Source: a virus (lineage: Duplodnaviria; Caudoviricetes). From it: a DNA stretch of 50,610 nt. The position numbers were made by a program, and so were the translations under genes. Location of the stretch: the IMG/VR virus record IMGVR_UViG_3300020045_005352, positions 1 through 50,610 of that record, one strand, 5' to 3'. Each line of letters begins with the position of its first letter. Positions within the stretch are counted from its first letter, which is position 1. The notes below the pieces were generated by a model. The model was not told where the DNA came from, ran no database searches, and saw only the letters and a list, made by a program, of their open reading frames with translations. Below are positions 26,361 to 35,324 of the stretch, piece after piece.

Positions 26361-26758
26361 TTTATAAATACTCCTTTTTTATTCCTAAGCTGAGTTTTTA
26401 CATGTTCTTTTCTGTGCTCAGAATTAGACATAATTTGAAGATTAGATATTTTATTATCTAACACATTTCCATTAATATGGTGAACATTTTCAGATGACTT
26501 AAGCTTTCTTCCAAGATGTTTTTCCATTAAAACTCTATGTAAGAACTGTCCACTAGTAACTCTAAGATAACCCCAATTATGCCCTCTTCTTAAACCATCT
26601 TTATAATTAGCATGATTCTTGCCAACATTAAATTCATGATAACATTTTCTAGAACAAAACTTTTTAACTCTAAAATCGGATAATTGTCTACAGCTAAACC
26701 TATCAAAATTACCACTACAATTCTTACACTTCTTTGAAGGTAAAATTAATTTACTCAT
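26342..26758 (-). CDS. HNH homing endonuclease
   Basis: FCSRKC..HRVLMEKHLGRKL..VHHINGNVLDNKISNL. Confidence 0.92.
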   Translation of the reverse strand: MSKLILPSKKCKNCSGNFDRFSCRQLSDFRVKKFCSRKCYHEFNVGKNHANYKDGLRRGHNWGYLRVTSGQFLHRVLMEKHLGRKLKSSENVHHINGNVLDNKISNLQIMSNSEHRKEHVKTQLRNKKGVFIKCKKGL

Positions 26759-27090
26759 TTGTAGGTATCCGTATCTTCTTTAGAGTAAGGTTTGGTTAAG
26801 AATGTGAAGAATGAGCCTGTGAGACTGAGACATTCTAGTGTATGGCGTTCCTCAGGCTCCACCATGAAGAAGTCTCCACGCCCAACTATTTGACGCTTCT
26901 TGTTGATATCAAGCATGAATGAGCCTTTGATGATGTAGAAGTATTCATTGGTAATCTTGTGGTAATGATCACCAAGGAAGGCTCCCTTACTGGCTTCATA
27001 GATGTTAATCTGCTTGAAGTCTGCCGTGACTAACTGAAGGAGGGTTCTTCGGTTGTCCTTGTGGATATCTTCTGGTAAGAGAGTTTTCAA
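26755..27090 (-). CDS. Cupin, NDP-sugar isomerase/epimerase-like (FdtA/WxcM-like)
   Basis: HKDNR..KQINI..GDHYHK..EYFYII.G..PEERH; beside gmd. Confidence 0.75.
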   Translation of the reverse strand: MKTLLPEDIHKDNRRTLLQLVTADFKQINIYEASKGAFLGDHYHKITNEYFYIIKGSFMLDINKKRQIVGRGDFFMVEPEERHTLECLSLTGSFFTFLTKPYSKEDTDTYK

Positions 27091-27260
27091 TTCTGAGGTT
27101 GTCCTGAGTTTAGGATTGCTGAGAGGCGTTGGTTAATCATTTGGAGTTTGGCTTGAGCGATTTCAATCTGAGTTACTAACTCACCTTTTTGAGCGAATAG
27201 ATTCTGAATCTCTTGACCAGGGGTATTAGGTTGGGGCTGATTAACAGGGGTAGCGGTCAT
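27087..27260 (-). CDS. Small coiled-coil protein (57 aa)
   Basis: Read by hand: MTATPVNQ..SGQPQN*; AAGGAG RBS; coupled at both ends. Confidence 0.6.
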   Translation of the reverse strand: MTATPVNQPQPNTPGQEIQNLFAQKGELVTQIEIAQAKLQMINQRLSAILNSGQPQN

Positions 27261-29036
27261 TTAAACTCCTTGGGTTAGACTCTTGAGTAAAGAGTCGGTG
27301 GTTAGGTTGCGGGCTTGGTAGACTAGAGGTAGATTGGCGTTCTTGGTGTTTGAGATTACTGTGAGAGCATTGTTGGCGTCATTGATAGATGTGATAAGTT
27401 CATTCCGGCGTTTCTCATCCTTGGTTCCTAAGAGTTCAAGTGTAAGTCTCTGACGAAGATCTAAAAGTCTTAATTCCTCACTTAAGACTAACCTCATAGG
27501 ATTCTCAATCCAAAGTTTAAGTTCTGCTAATTCCTTGCCCCAATCAGCCTTGAAGTGGCAAATCTTAGCATTGACGCATTTCTCAAGATATGGGAGGGCT
27601 TGACGTAGGAGGTCAAGTCCTACTGGGAAGTTACCTCGCTGAATGTGAAACATGGCGTTAGATTTGTGATGAGAGTAGATGTTATAGAAAACAACATCAT
27701 AATCTGGATTAAGCTGAATACCTGTATGCCAATTATCAAGAGCTGTTCCTAACCTACCAATTCTGATATTGGTTACTCCTAAGTTCCCCATAGCTACTTC
27801 AGAATTAGGAAAGTTCCAGACATTAGAGTTGTAAAATTCCAACTCATTCTCATAAGTTTTTAAATGTGCCCATGTTCTCATAATAGCTATTCCAAAGATT
27901 AGAGTATAAATGTAGATATAGCTCTGTAAGAAGTAAGCAACAATAATGCATGTTCCTATAGTAGGAATCATTAAATAGCGTTCTGTCACAAATTGCTGTA
28001 TTGTAACCCAATTTAAAAATATAAATAAGAATGACACAAACCATATAAGACCAAATTTAATTGCAAATACAGGTGTTATAAAAAACCAAATAGTTAAAGC
28101 AGCTATTACTATAATTCCTAACAAAAAGTATTTATCTTCTCTTTCTATTGATTCCTGATAGTGATAACCCCAAGAATGATAAAGACCCATTCTTCTAGGA
28201 AATAAAGTGTGCTTTAGATAGTAGAGAAGTGTTTTTGTAGCTACAATAATTTTACGAGGCTTGAGATAAGTTGAAGCCCCCATAGACTGCTTCTTAAACT
28301 CATCTGTGCGAAGTTTTATTGTTTCACGAACAATCTTCAAACCCTCAGCAATTGATATTAAAAAAGCTACGATAGCAAATAGATAGTGTCCAAGAAACAG
28401 TAATATTGCCCATGAAGCCAATGCTACAAATAGAGCATTTACAGCTAAAACTTGGATTACTGAAAAAATAATTAGGATAAGAATTGTGACTAATAAATTT
28501 GGCTCTTGAAGGGTGTAATACCAAACAGTTAAATTAAGACTTAGTGTAATCCATAGTAAACTAAGTGGATATCCTAAACCCGAACACCAAGCGACACCTT
28601 GAGTAACAACTGGATGAACTATAAATAAAGCACAAGCCAAGAAAGCTACCCAGTTTCCTATAAGATTTGAGAGTAAACCATAAGTTGATATAACTGCCAA
28701 ATTAAACACAAATATTGAAAGAAAATGATGGCGAGAAGCTACTTTTCCGCATGGAATAAAATCACCTTTTATAATCTTACCATCTGGTCCTTGCTGATCT
28801 GGAAAACGATTCTTAGAAGGAAATGTGCCACCACACACCCAAAAACGCAGCCAACGTGATATCATTCCATATTCTTTACCTTGTAACTTTCCGTCATACT
28901 CCGCAATTCCGGCCAAGTCATCGGATACAAAACCGCCTTTAAAAAGAAGCCAACCATAGGTTACATACACTAGTAATGTAAGTAAAATATACGGATAAAA
29001 AGGAATTAGATTTTGATGGATTAATTCAATAGACAT
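27261..29036 (-). CDS. TMTC-like GT-C glycosyltransferase with TPR tail
   Basis: FVSDD loop after TM1, LFIVHP..V.W, ERYLMIP, then TPR-like NLGV..A..GIQLNPDY. Confidence 0.82.
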   Translation of the reverse strand: MSIELIHQNLIPFYPYILLTLLVYVTYGWLLFKGGFVSDDLAGIAEYDGKLQGKEYGMISRWLRFWVCGGTFPSKNRFPDQQGPDGKIIKGDFIPCGKVASRHHFLSIFVFNLAVISTYGLLSNLIGNWVAFLACALFIVHPVVTQGVAWCSGLGYPLSLLWITLSLNLTVWYYTLQEPNLLVTILILIIFSVIQVLAVNALFVALASWAILLFLGHYLFAIVAFLISIAEGLKIVRETIKLRTDEFKKQSMGASTYLKPRKIIVATKTLLYYLKHTLFPRRMGLYHSWGYHYQESIEREDKYFLLGIIVIAALTIWFFITPVFAIKFGLIWFVSFLFIFLNWVTIQQFVTERYLMIPTIGTCIIVAYFLQSYIYIYTLIFGIAIMRTWAHLKTYENELEFYNSNVWNFPNSEVAMGNLGVTNIRIGRLGTALDNWHTGIQLNPDYDVVFYNIYSHHKSNAMFHIQRGNFPVGLDLLRQALPYLEKCVNAKICHFKADWGKELAELKLWIENPMRLVLSEELRLLDLRQRLTLELLGTKDEKRRNELITSINDANNALTVISNTKNANLPLVYQARNLTTDSLLKSLTQGV

Positions 29037-29464
29037 TTACGCTTACTATTTTCTGAAAGTTCAATAAAGCGACAATTCGATATTTCGTAATTGCTACTAC
29101 TATCAACTCTATCAATTGATGGGTGGTTTAACTTGTTAGCTTTATCTCTAAACCATAAATATTTGACTTGCTCTAGCGTGAGAAGATTCTTAATTCCTTT
29201 TCCACCATACCATTTATAGCCTTGATAATTAGGGTTATTGAAACGCCAATTAACATGAAGAAGAGTCCGCACCCAAGGCCTTTCCTTAAGATATTTCTTT
29301 CGATAAGCAGCTATCTTAGGATTTTTTAATTGGTATTTAGAAGTGATTGCATACTGACACTTTTTACACCTAGAAGGATAACTCGGATAAAATTCCAAGA
29401 AGGATTTTTCTATTCCACATTTACGGCAGGTTTTAAGTTGGGGAGTGGTAATGGCTTCTATCAC
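29021..29464 (-). CDS. Putative HNH-like homing endonuclease
   Basis: CRKC..CKKC, YGGKGI, SIDRVD..Y..SNCRFI..EN. Confidence 0.8.
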   Translation of the reverse strand: MIEAITTPQLKTCRKCGIEKSFLEFYPSYPSRCKKCQYAITSKYQLKNPKIAAYRKKYLKERPWVRTLLHVNWRFNNPNYQGYKWYGGKGIKNLLTLEQVKYLWFRDKANKLNHPSIDRVDSSSNYEISNCRFIELSENSKRKCLLN

Positions 29465-29558
29465 AAAACTTAATTTACCACCTTAATAAGTGTTAAGTCA
29501 ACAAAAATCTACTTGTATTTTAGATTGTTATGGTAGATACTTTAGGTAGGAGATTAAT

Positions 29559-29648
29559 ATGAATATCTTAGATATTATGTTCTGGGGAGGTTTAATCATG
29601 ATGGTAATAGGTATAGCTTTTTGTTTACTAGATGAAATTGTTGGATAG
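29559..29648 (+). CDS. 29-aa single-TM peptide, opposite to the late operon
   Basis: Read by hand: MNILDIMFWGGLIMMVIGIAFCLLDEIVG*; AGGAG RBS; TTGTAT-17-GATACT upstream (29513-29541). Confidence 0.6.
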   Translation: MNILDIMFWGGLIMMVIGIAFCLLDEIVG

Positions 29649-29650
29649 TT

Positions 29651-30898
29651 TTACCTCCCACCAAACATCTTATTTAATAAAAGCGAACCTCCCACAGTAG
29701 CAGCTCCATATCCTGCAGCTTTTTTTCCTCCCTTTCTAATACCCCTAGCACGTTTAGCCGCTTGAATTGAGGATAGAAATTTGTTTCCACCGCCAAGTCT
29801 TTTAAGAGATTCTTTATCTTCGATGTCTAGTTTCTTATCACTAAGAATCTTAGTTTCTGTAGGCTTCCTCTGAAAATCCAATGTATGCTTATTAACACGC
29901 TGAACGTCTTGAATAAATGGCTTAAAATCAGCTGTAATACTTTTATAAGCATTTCCAAATACTTCTTTCCTGCCTAAGACATCATCAATTTTATCATAAA
30001 CATCTTGTAATACTTTTCCTTCTGGGCCTCCAAACGAAGAGGCTTTCTCAAATATTTCCTGTTTTAAAGTATGAAGTTTTTGAGCAGTCATAGTAGGAAT
30101 CCTATCAAATAGACTTTCAACATACTTCCCACCAGCCGATGTAGCATCAAATTGATCTGCCTTGTTCACGATTTGACCTAAAATTTCATCAGAGTAACTA
30201 GGATTTAAAAAAACATCAGTAGATTTCTTAAGAACTGTATCATAACGTTTATTGAACTCACCAAACTTTGAACCAATAGTTTTTGAAATATTACCTGCTA
30301 AGCCTTTTGCAGCTTTGGCTCCTCCAAATAAATGACCTATAGTTTTACCAACTGGAATTGCCGCACCTCCTAGTAAAGCTGTCCCACCTATCTCAGCGGC
30401 TTCTCTACCTAAAGAAGTTTTGCCTGATGCAAGTTCGACTGGTGACATAGACGCTTGTTCTGCTGCAGCTATACCAGCTCCTCTTAAAAATGGAGAAGTT
30501 GCCTTGGGAATAATTTTACCAGCCATTTTTCCTACTGCGGCTGGTCCACCACCAGGCATAAAAAGACCTCCAATGTCACCAACAGTTCTGCCTATTTGCT
30601 CTCCAGCCCCTTGAGGTTTAAGATAATCCTTAGCTCCTTGCGGTAAAGTTTTATCCATAACTAAACCTGGAAGTCCAAAACCTGCTGTATTAATGAGACC
30701 TCCAGCAGCTTGCATATGAGGACCTAAAACTTCTCTACCAATTCCCATAGCCTTCTTTAATAAACCTTCAGAACTACCAATATTTCCAGGAGTACCCTTT
30801 AAAGATTTAGCATTTTCATAGGCATCACTAATATCATCAGGAGAAGGATTCCCTTGAAAGTTTATAACTGTACCATCATCGAATTTTACTTTAGCCAT
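29651..30898 (-). CDS. Putative internal virion / DNA ejection protein
   Basis: Gly/Ala-rich helical sequence; last in the run of genes after the tail module. Confidence 0.65.
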   Translation of the reverse strand: MAKVKFDDGTVINFQGNPSPDDISDAYENAKSLKGTPGNIGSSEGLLKKAMGIGREVLGPHMQAAGGLINTAGFGLPGLVMDKTLPQGAKDYLKPQGAGEQIGRTVGDIGGLFMPGGGPAAVGKMAGKIIPKATSPFLRGAGIAAAEQASMSPVELASGKTSLGREAAEIGGTALLGGAAIPVGKTIGHLFGGAKAAKGLAGNISKTIGSKFGEFNKRYDTVLKKSTDVFLNPSYSDEILGQIVNKADQFDATSAGGKYVESLFDRIPTMTAQKLHTLKQEIFEKASSFGGPEGKVLQDVYDKIDDVLGRKEVFGNAYKSITADFKPFIQDVQRVNKHTLDFQRKPTETKILSDKKLDIEDKESLKRLGGGNKFLSSIQAAKRARGIRKGGKKAAGYGAATVGGSLLLNKMFGGR

Positions 30899-30902
30899 TT
30901 TT

Positions 30903-31673
30903 TCACTCGATTGTATAACCTACACCTGTTCTAGTTTTATAAGAATTTCCTGCTGGCATTTCTTGAGAAGATTGATTTTGAAATGATGCCTGGTCACTTC
31001 CACCTTTATAAGGGTCATAACCCATCATTCCGCCTCTTTTAGCTTCTATAAACTCGTGATACTTTTGGACAGCTTGTTGGACATCACTAATTATCCTGTT
31101 CTTGTCTTTACCAGAGACATTAAATAAATTGAAAATAATCTGTTTCTCATTATTAGAAAGTGCTTTACCACCTTCTGAGAATACTGTATTAGCTTTAATA
31201 CTATTGAGAGAACTTTGTAATTGGGCTAAGTCTTTATTACCAAACGTAAGAAAAGCCTGACCTGAATCTACAGCCAAACCTCTCTTAGCACTTTCAAAGT
31301 TATCTTTTCCTTCCAAAACTCCTCTACTAACTAATTGAGTTAAGTCTCTAACACCTTTATCTATTATTGGTACATTACCAAAAGTTCTAGCTTCGCCTTC
31401 ACTAAGTTCAGGATTTAATGGAATAGTTAAATTACCAAACTTTCCAGTAGTTCCAGTTGGTAATTTACCTCCCATAGATTTAAGCAAAGCATTCATTTGT
31501 CCTTGTTCAGCAGTAGAGGCCTCTGCATCATACCTCGCATCAATCGCCTTCTTCTGCCCATATAGCTGTAGTTCTCTCTGAGACTTTCTCTCCTCTTCAT
31601 AAGGGTCTGGATAAGCACCAATCATATCCTTGGCGGCTTTGAAACCTTTGAATATATCAAATCTTTCAGGCAT
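30903..31673 (-). CDS. Putative internal virion / DNA ejection protein
   Basis: Position; helical; GGKALSNNE pattern. Confidence 0.6.
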   Translation of the reverse strand: MPERFDIFKGFKAAKDMIGAYPDPYEEERKSQRELQLYGQKKAIDARYDAEASTAEQGQMNALLKSMGGKLPTGTTGKFGNLTIPLNPELSEGEARTFGNVPIIDKGVRDLTQLVSRGVLEGKDNFESAKRGLAVDSGQAFLTFGNKDLAQLQSSLNSIKANTVFSEGGKALSNNEKQIIFNLFNVSGKDKNRIISDVQQAVQKYHEFIEAKRGGMMGYDPYKGGSDQASFQNQSSQEMPAGNSYKTRTGVGYTIE

Positions 31674-31684
31674 GGTAGTCTCCT

Positions 31685-33118
31685 TTAAAAGAAGCTTTTA
31701 GCTTGGTCATAAATACCACGACCCTGTTGAATCATATTGCCTACAGCTCCTAATGCTCCGCCTTCATCACGAGGTAGTTCAGATTGAGTAATGGAGCTTG
31801 TTTCCGTAGATTTGCCATACATCTGTTTTAGCTTCATAGCTTCATCATAACTCATAGCTGTATTGAACATAATAGTCTGGATGTCCATATCAGCAAGTGC
31901 ATCTAATTGCTGGTATTCTCTGTCACTAATAGCAAGATTTGTTGTAATCATTTCTTTTCTATTTTGTGCAAGAGCATCGGCACGACGAGTGGCTTGGCTA
32001 TCTTGCAGAGCTTGATAGTCTCTAGCAAACACAGAGTCATTCTCGATGTCAGCACCAGGTCGAATGTTCTTCCAGCGATTACGGAAATCATGGAGTTCTT
32101 GAGCGTCTATCTTGTCAAAATCCCTATTGATAGCATCTTGGAGAGCAGGGTCCATTTCCATCATGTTGTCTCTAAAGTTAAAGTTCTTTACAGCTTGAAC
32201 ACTAGGGAGTTGTGAGACATCAGGCATTTGAATACCTGAAGGATAGCCACCTTGCATACCAGACTGAGAACCACTAAACATGGACATAATCTGCTGTCCC
32301 ATGCCTAAACCTTTAGATAATCCACCCATGAGGTCAAATCCCTTACCACCTTGAGCTTGAGGTTGCTGAGGAGCTTGAGTCATCTTGCTTGTGTCAGCAG
32401 GTGCCTGTGGTGCTTGCGGTGCCTGGGGAGTAATCTTTGGTGTAGCAGGAGGAGTCCAACTTCCAGAAGCTCCTTTACCACCAAATTGACCACCACCAGG
32501 GTTGAAGGCTTGCATGATAGGCGACTGGCTTAGTTTATTAGTCCCAAACGGAGACAAAGCCCCAGCCGAAGCCCCACTCTGAAGCATGGAGAAAGGCTGA
32601 ATACTTGACCCAGGAGCAGACTTAAAGTAGTCCATAGGAGCACGTAATGCGGGATTTGAGGCACCTGCGGCGAGCATGCCACCTTGAGGATTAGCTCCCC
32701 CTTGGAAGCCACCACCGAAGCCCATGGCTTTACTTGCGCTACCTGCGAGGCTACTTATACCTTGACCTATGGAACTCGCCGCTCCACCGATGGATTGACC
32801 GAGGTTAGAGCCTAGTTGCCCGACTCCTTGGGTTATTCCAGAAGCGGCGTTGGATAGCCCACTACCCACAGCACTAAAGACGTTGCCGAAGCCCTTGTAA
32901 TACACCCCTTTTCCATCATGGTGGATTTCATCTCTATCAGCACCGATTAAATGCTCTAGCTCGTGGTTAATGAGGTATTTCTGGAGTTCTGCATTGGCAA
33001 CATAGCGGACATAAGCTGTGTTCTTGTTGGTATCAGCAAGTCCAAGAGACATCCCTACTTCCTCATAGGGAAGCTCCTCGAATTCCTTATCTGAGAGTAT
33101 CTGGATTTGGTAGCTCAT
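31685..33118 (-). CDS. Putative ejection protein with N-terminal HExxH mini-domain
   Basis: INHELEHLIG..GVYYKGFG, then a G/S/Q/A low-complexity region. Confidence 0.7.
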   Translation of the reverse strand: MSYQIQILSDKEFEELPYEEVGMSLGLADTNKNTAYVRYVANAELQKYLINHELEHLIGADRDEIHHDGKGVYYKGFGNVFSAVGSGLSNAASGITQGVGQLGSNLGQSIGGAASSIGQGISSLAGSASKAMGFGGGFQGGANPQGGMLAAGASNPALRAPMDYFKSAPGSSIQPFSMLQSGASAGALSPFGTNKLSQSPIMQAFNPGGGQFGGKGASGSWTPPATPKITPQAPQAPQAPADTSKMTQAPQQPQAQGGKGFDLMGGLSKGLGMGQQIMSMFSGSQSGMQGGYPSGIQMPDVSQLPSVQAVKNFNFRDNMMEMDPALQDAINRDFDKIDAQELHDFRNRWKNIRPGADIENDSVFARDYQALQDSQATRRADALAQNRKEMITTNLAISDREYQQLDALADMDIQTIMFNTAMSYDEAMKLKQMYGKSTETSSITQSELPRDEGGALGAVGNMIQQGRGIYDQAKSFF

Positions 33119-33729
33119 CTACCTACCCTCCCCCCGTAGAAGCCTTTAGAGAAGTTACCTTGATTACCTTGTTCTTGGGTGAGGTCGGGTCTAAGTTTAT
33201 CCACATGGCTTCCAGCAAGTTGCCCACCAAGAGCACCTGTACCACCCGAAGCACCCTGCCCAGGACCAGTAGAGATATTTGGAGCCGCAGGACCTGTTTG
33301 AGAAGGACGGAATTCAGGAGACGGCATACCTTGATTAAATCCACTAAAGCCTTGACCTGGTTGTCCTGAACTTTGCTGTTTCATAGCACTTTTCTGACCT
33401 TGAGCCCCGAATAATGCACCAGCACCTGCGCCTGCAGCAGGACCAATACCTGGGATAAAACTAAGAGCTAAAGGTATAATGCTTTGGAAAATTTCCCCGA
33501 ATCCCTTGTAATAAACTCCATTGCGGTAATGGTCAGAGTGTTCTCCCCCATGACCCTCGATTAAATGCTCAAGTTCATGGTTGATAAGATACTTATTGAC
33601 CGCATCCGACTGTGTGTAACGGACATAAGCAGTCTTTGTAGCAGGGTCAGCGACCCCTAAAGACATCTCCATTTCTGGGTAAGGTAGTGATTCAAACTCC
33701 GCATCCGACAGTATTTCTACTTTGTACAT
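33115..33729 (-). CDS. Putative ejection/pilot protein with paralogous HExxH mini-domain
   Basis: INHELEHLIE..GVYYKGFG, then a hydrophobic Gly/Ala stretch. Confidence 0.7.
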   Translation of the reverse strand: MYKVEILSDAEFESLPYPEMEMSLGVADPATKTAYVRYTQSDAVNKYLINHELEHLIEGHGGEHSDHYRNGVYYKGFGEIFQSIIPLALSFIPGIGPAAGAGAGALFGAQGQKSAMKQQSSGQPGQGFSGFNQGMPSPEFRPSQTGPAAPNISTGPGQGASGGTGALGGQLAGSHVDKLRPDLTQEQGNQGNFSKGFYGGRVGR

Positions 33730-34120
33730 TGAGAGGTCTCCTTCTCTTTATTTTAACATGGGGTCCGAGGGGTGCATGGTAGTAGTGACCTTCCAGGACA
33801 TTAAAGTTAGTCTCTATTGCCTCCTGGAGTAAACGGCGTATTGGAAGTTTCCAATTTTGGCAAATCATTTTGTCTATGAATATCTGTTTTCCATCGGGAT
33901 TATCTGGCTTTATTTCCCAAAGTCCTTTGTGGAGGTGTTCTTCCCAGTTGTCTGTGAGGAAGTAAGTAAGTACGGCTTTAACAAAGTAATCCTCTTTGAT
34001 TATCATTACACGTTTACGACGCAACATCTCTTCAAAATAAGCCTTAAAATTATCATATTCTTCGGGATTAATTTGATAATCCCATGAGTTGAATACTTTG
34101 GCTAAGAGGTCAAATGTCAT
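33692..34120 (-). CDS. Putative acyltransferase-fold protein (GNAT/HlyC-like)
   Basis: Sits where podoviruses often carry a GNAT-like gene; DNPDGKQIFIDKMI resembles the HlyC-type G..WIID strand. Weak. Confidence 0.4.
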   Translation of the reverse strand: MTFDLLAKVFNSWDYQINPEEYDNFKAYFEEMLRRKRVMIIKEDYFVKAVLTYFLTDNWEEHLHKGLWEIKPDNPDGKQIFIDKMICQNWKLPIRRLLQEAIETNFNVLEGHYYHAPLGPHVKIKRRRPLNVQSRNTVGCGV

Positions 34121-34779
34121 ACGACCTTTCTAAATGAAATATAGGAACCTGCTTTAATCGAACCTGCAGCCACAGCTCCTACTACATTAGCCGCAAAAGT
34201 TAGGGACCCTGCGCTAGAAGCACCAGTTTGAACAGTTCCTGAAACTTGCAAGTAATTAGCTGTGCTTGCCCCAAAGAATCCAGAGCTTGTTTGGGTATTT
34301 ACAGCATTTATATTTTCTTTAACAACTCCACCATTTGAGCTAATTCCTAAGTATCTCAATACTGCTGTACTTCCTCCAGGAGCATTTATATTGAAGTTTT
34401 GACCAGCTGTGCCACTAGACGTAGAAGCGAATATTTCAAATGTCCATGTTTCTGATACTGCCATCTGGAATGATAATCCAGCAATTATGGTGGGGTCATT
34501 GAATAAAGTATCTGTAGATACTATTGAAGTTCCAAGACCACCAACAGTGCCAGCGTTATATTCAATAAAATCCCAAGAGTTGATGTTGTAGAAATAGAGA
34601 CGTTTAATTGTGCCACTAGCAAAGAATACAAACTCTCCGTTTCTAGCTGTCCAGGAAGGTGGTGTGTTGGCTACAACTTGACCTGAATACTTCCCATAAT
34701 TCAGTATATTGGTCACGTCTTCTTTGAAGTTTTCGGCTTCGTTGCTTAGCTTTGAAAGATTGTAGTCATCGACCTTCAT
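34117..34779 (-). CDS. Virion structural protein (tail needle/fibre-like)
   Basis: S/T/G-rich beta sequence following the tail nozzle gene. Confidence 0.6.
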   Translation of the reverse strand: MKVDDYNLSKLSNEAENFKEDVTNILNYGKYSGQVVANTPPSWTARNGEFVFFASGTIKRLYFYNINSWDFIEYNAGTVGGLGTSIVSTDTLFNDPTIIAGLSFQMAVSETWTFEIFASTSSGTAGQNFNINAPGGSTAVLRYLGISSNGGVVKENINAVNTQTSSGFFGASTANYLQVSGTVQTGASSAGSLTFAANVVGAVAAGSIKAGSYISFRKVV

Positions 34780-35321
34780 ATTAGTTTGACAAACATTTCA
34801 TGTTTTGATATAATAGCTCTATAAAAAGGATAAACCCAATGGACAGAAAAGAATACCAAAGTCAGTATCACAAACTTTATAGAATAAAGAATAAAGAAGA
34901 ACTTGCTAAGAAAAGAAAGGCTTATTACCTTAGAAATAAAGATAAAATTCTTCCTCAAATGAAAAAATACAGACTTGCTAACATTGAAGAAAAAAGAGAA
35001 TATGCCAGAAACTATGTAAGAAACAAATGGGCTAACGATTCTGCTTTCAGAGAAAAACAAACTAAGTGGCTTAAAGAGTATAGAAGAAAAAAAAGAACTA
35101 AGCTTATTTACAAAAACTATAGAGAAATTCATAGACTTAAAATAAATTCTAGAGCCACTCTTAAAAGAGCCATTGATAATGGAGATATAATAAAACCTGA
35201 ATCTTGTGACAACTGTAGAACAAAATGCATCCCACAAGGACATCATCATAAAGGGTACGAGAATCCGTTGGCTGTTATTTGGGTGTGCTCTAAATGCCAT
35301 GCCATTCTCCATCGCAAACAT
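34776..35321 (-). CDS. Antisense bridge ORF spanning the inverted HNH gene
   Basis: 181 codons; the start overlaps the upstream stop (TAATG) and the stop overlaps the downstream start (ATGA). Confidence 0.5.
   Translation of the reverse strand: MFAMENGMAFRAHPNNSQRILVPFMMMSLWDAFCSTVVTRFRFYYISIINGSFKSGSRIYFKSMNFSIVFVNKLSSFFSSILFKPLSLFFSESRIVSPFVSYIVSGIFSFFFNVSKSVFFHLRKNFIFISKVISLSFLSKFFFILYSIKFVILTLVFFSVHWVYPFYRAIISKHEMFVKLI
34786..34814 (+). promoter_or_regulatory. Full-consensus sigma70 promoter, antisense to the late operon
   Basis: TTGACA (34786-34791), 17 bp, TGnTATAAT (34809-34814). Confidence 0.9.
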
Positions 35322-35324
35322 TAA
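34839..35324 (+). CDS. HNH homing endonuclease in inverted orientation
   Basis: Basic N-terminal repeats; KPESCDNC..GHHHKGYENPLAVIWVCSKCHAILH; AAAGGA RBS. Confidence 0.88.
   Translation: MDRKEYQSQYHKLYRIKNKEELAKKRKAYYLRNKDKILPQMKKYRLANIEEKREYARNYVRNKWANDSAFREKQTKWLKEYRRKKRTKLIYKNYREIHRLKINSRATLKRAIDNGDIIKPESCDNCRTKCIPQGHHHKGYENPLAVIWVCSKCHAILHRKH

Noticed and set aside
15644-29036. Host chromosomal polysaccharide locus flanking a prophage
   Set aside because: The genes are compact, overlapping, interleaved with an HNH and a GroES-like gene, co-oriented with the virion operon and bounded by phage genes on both sides. Read-level confirmation is still advisable.
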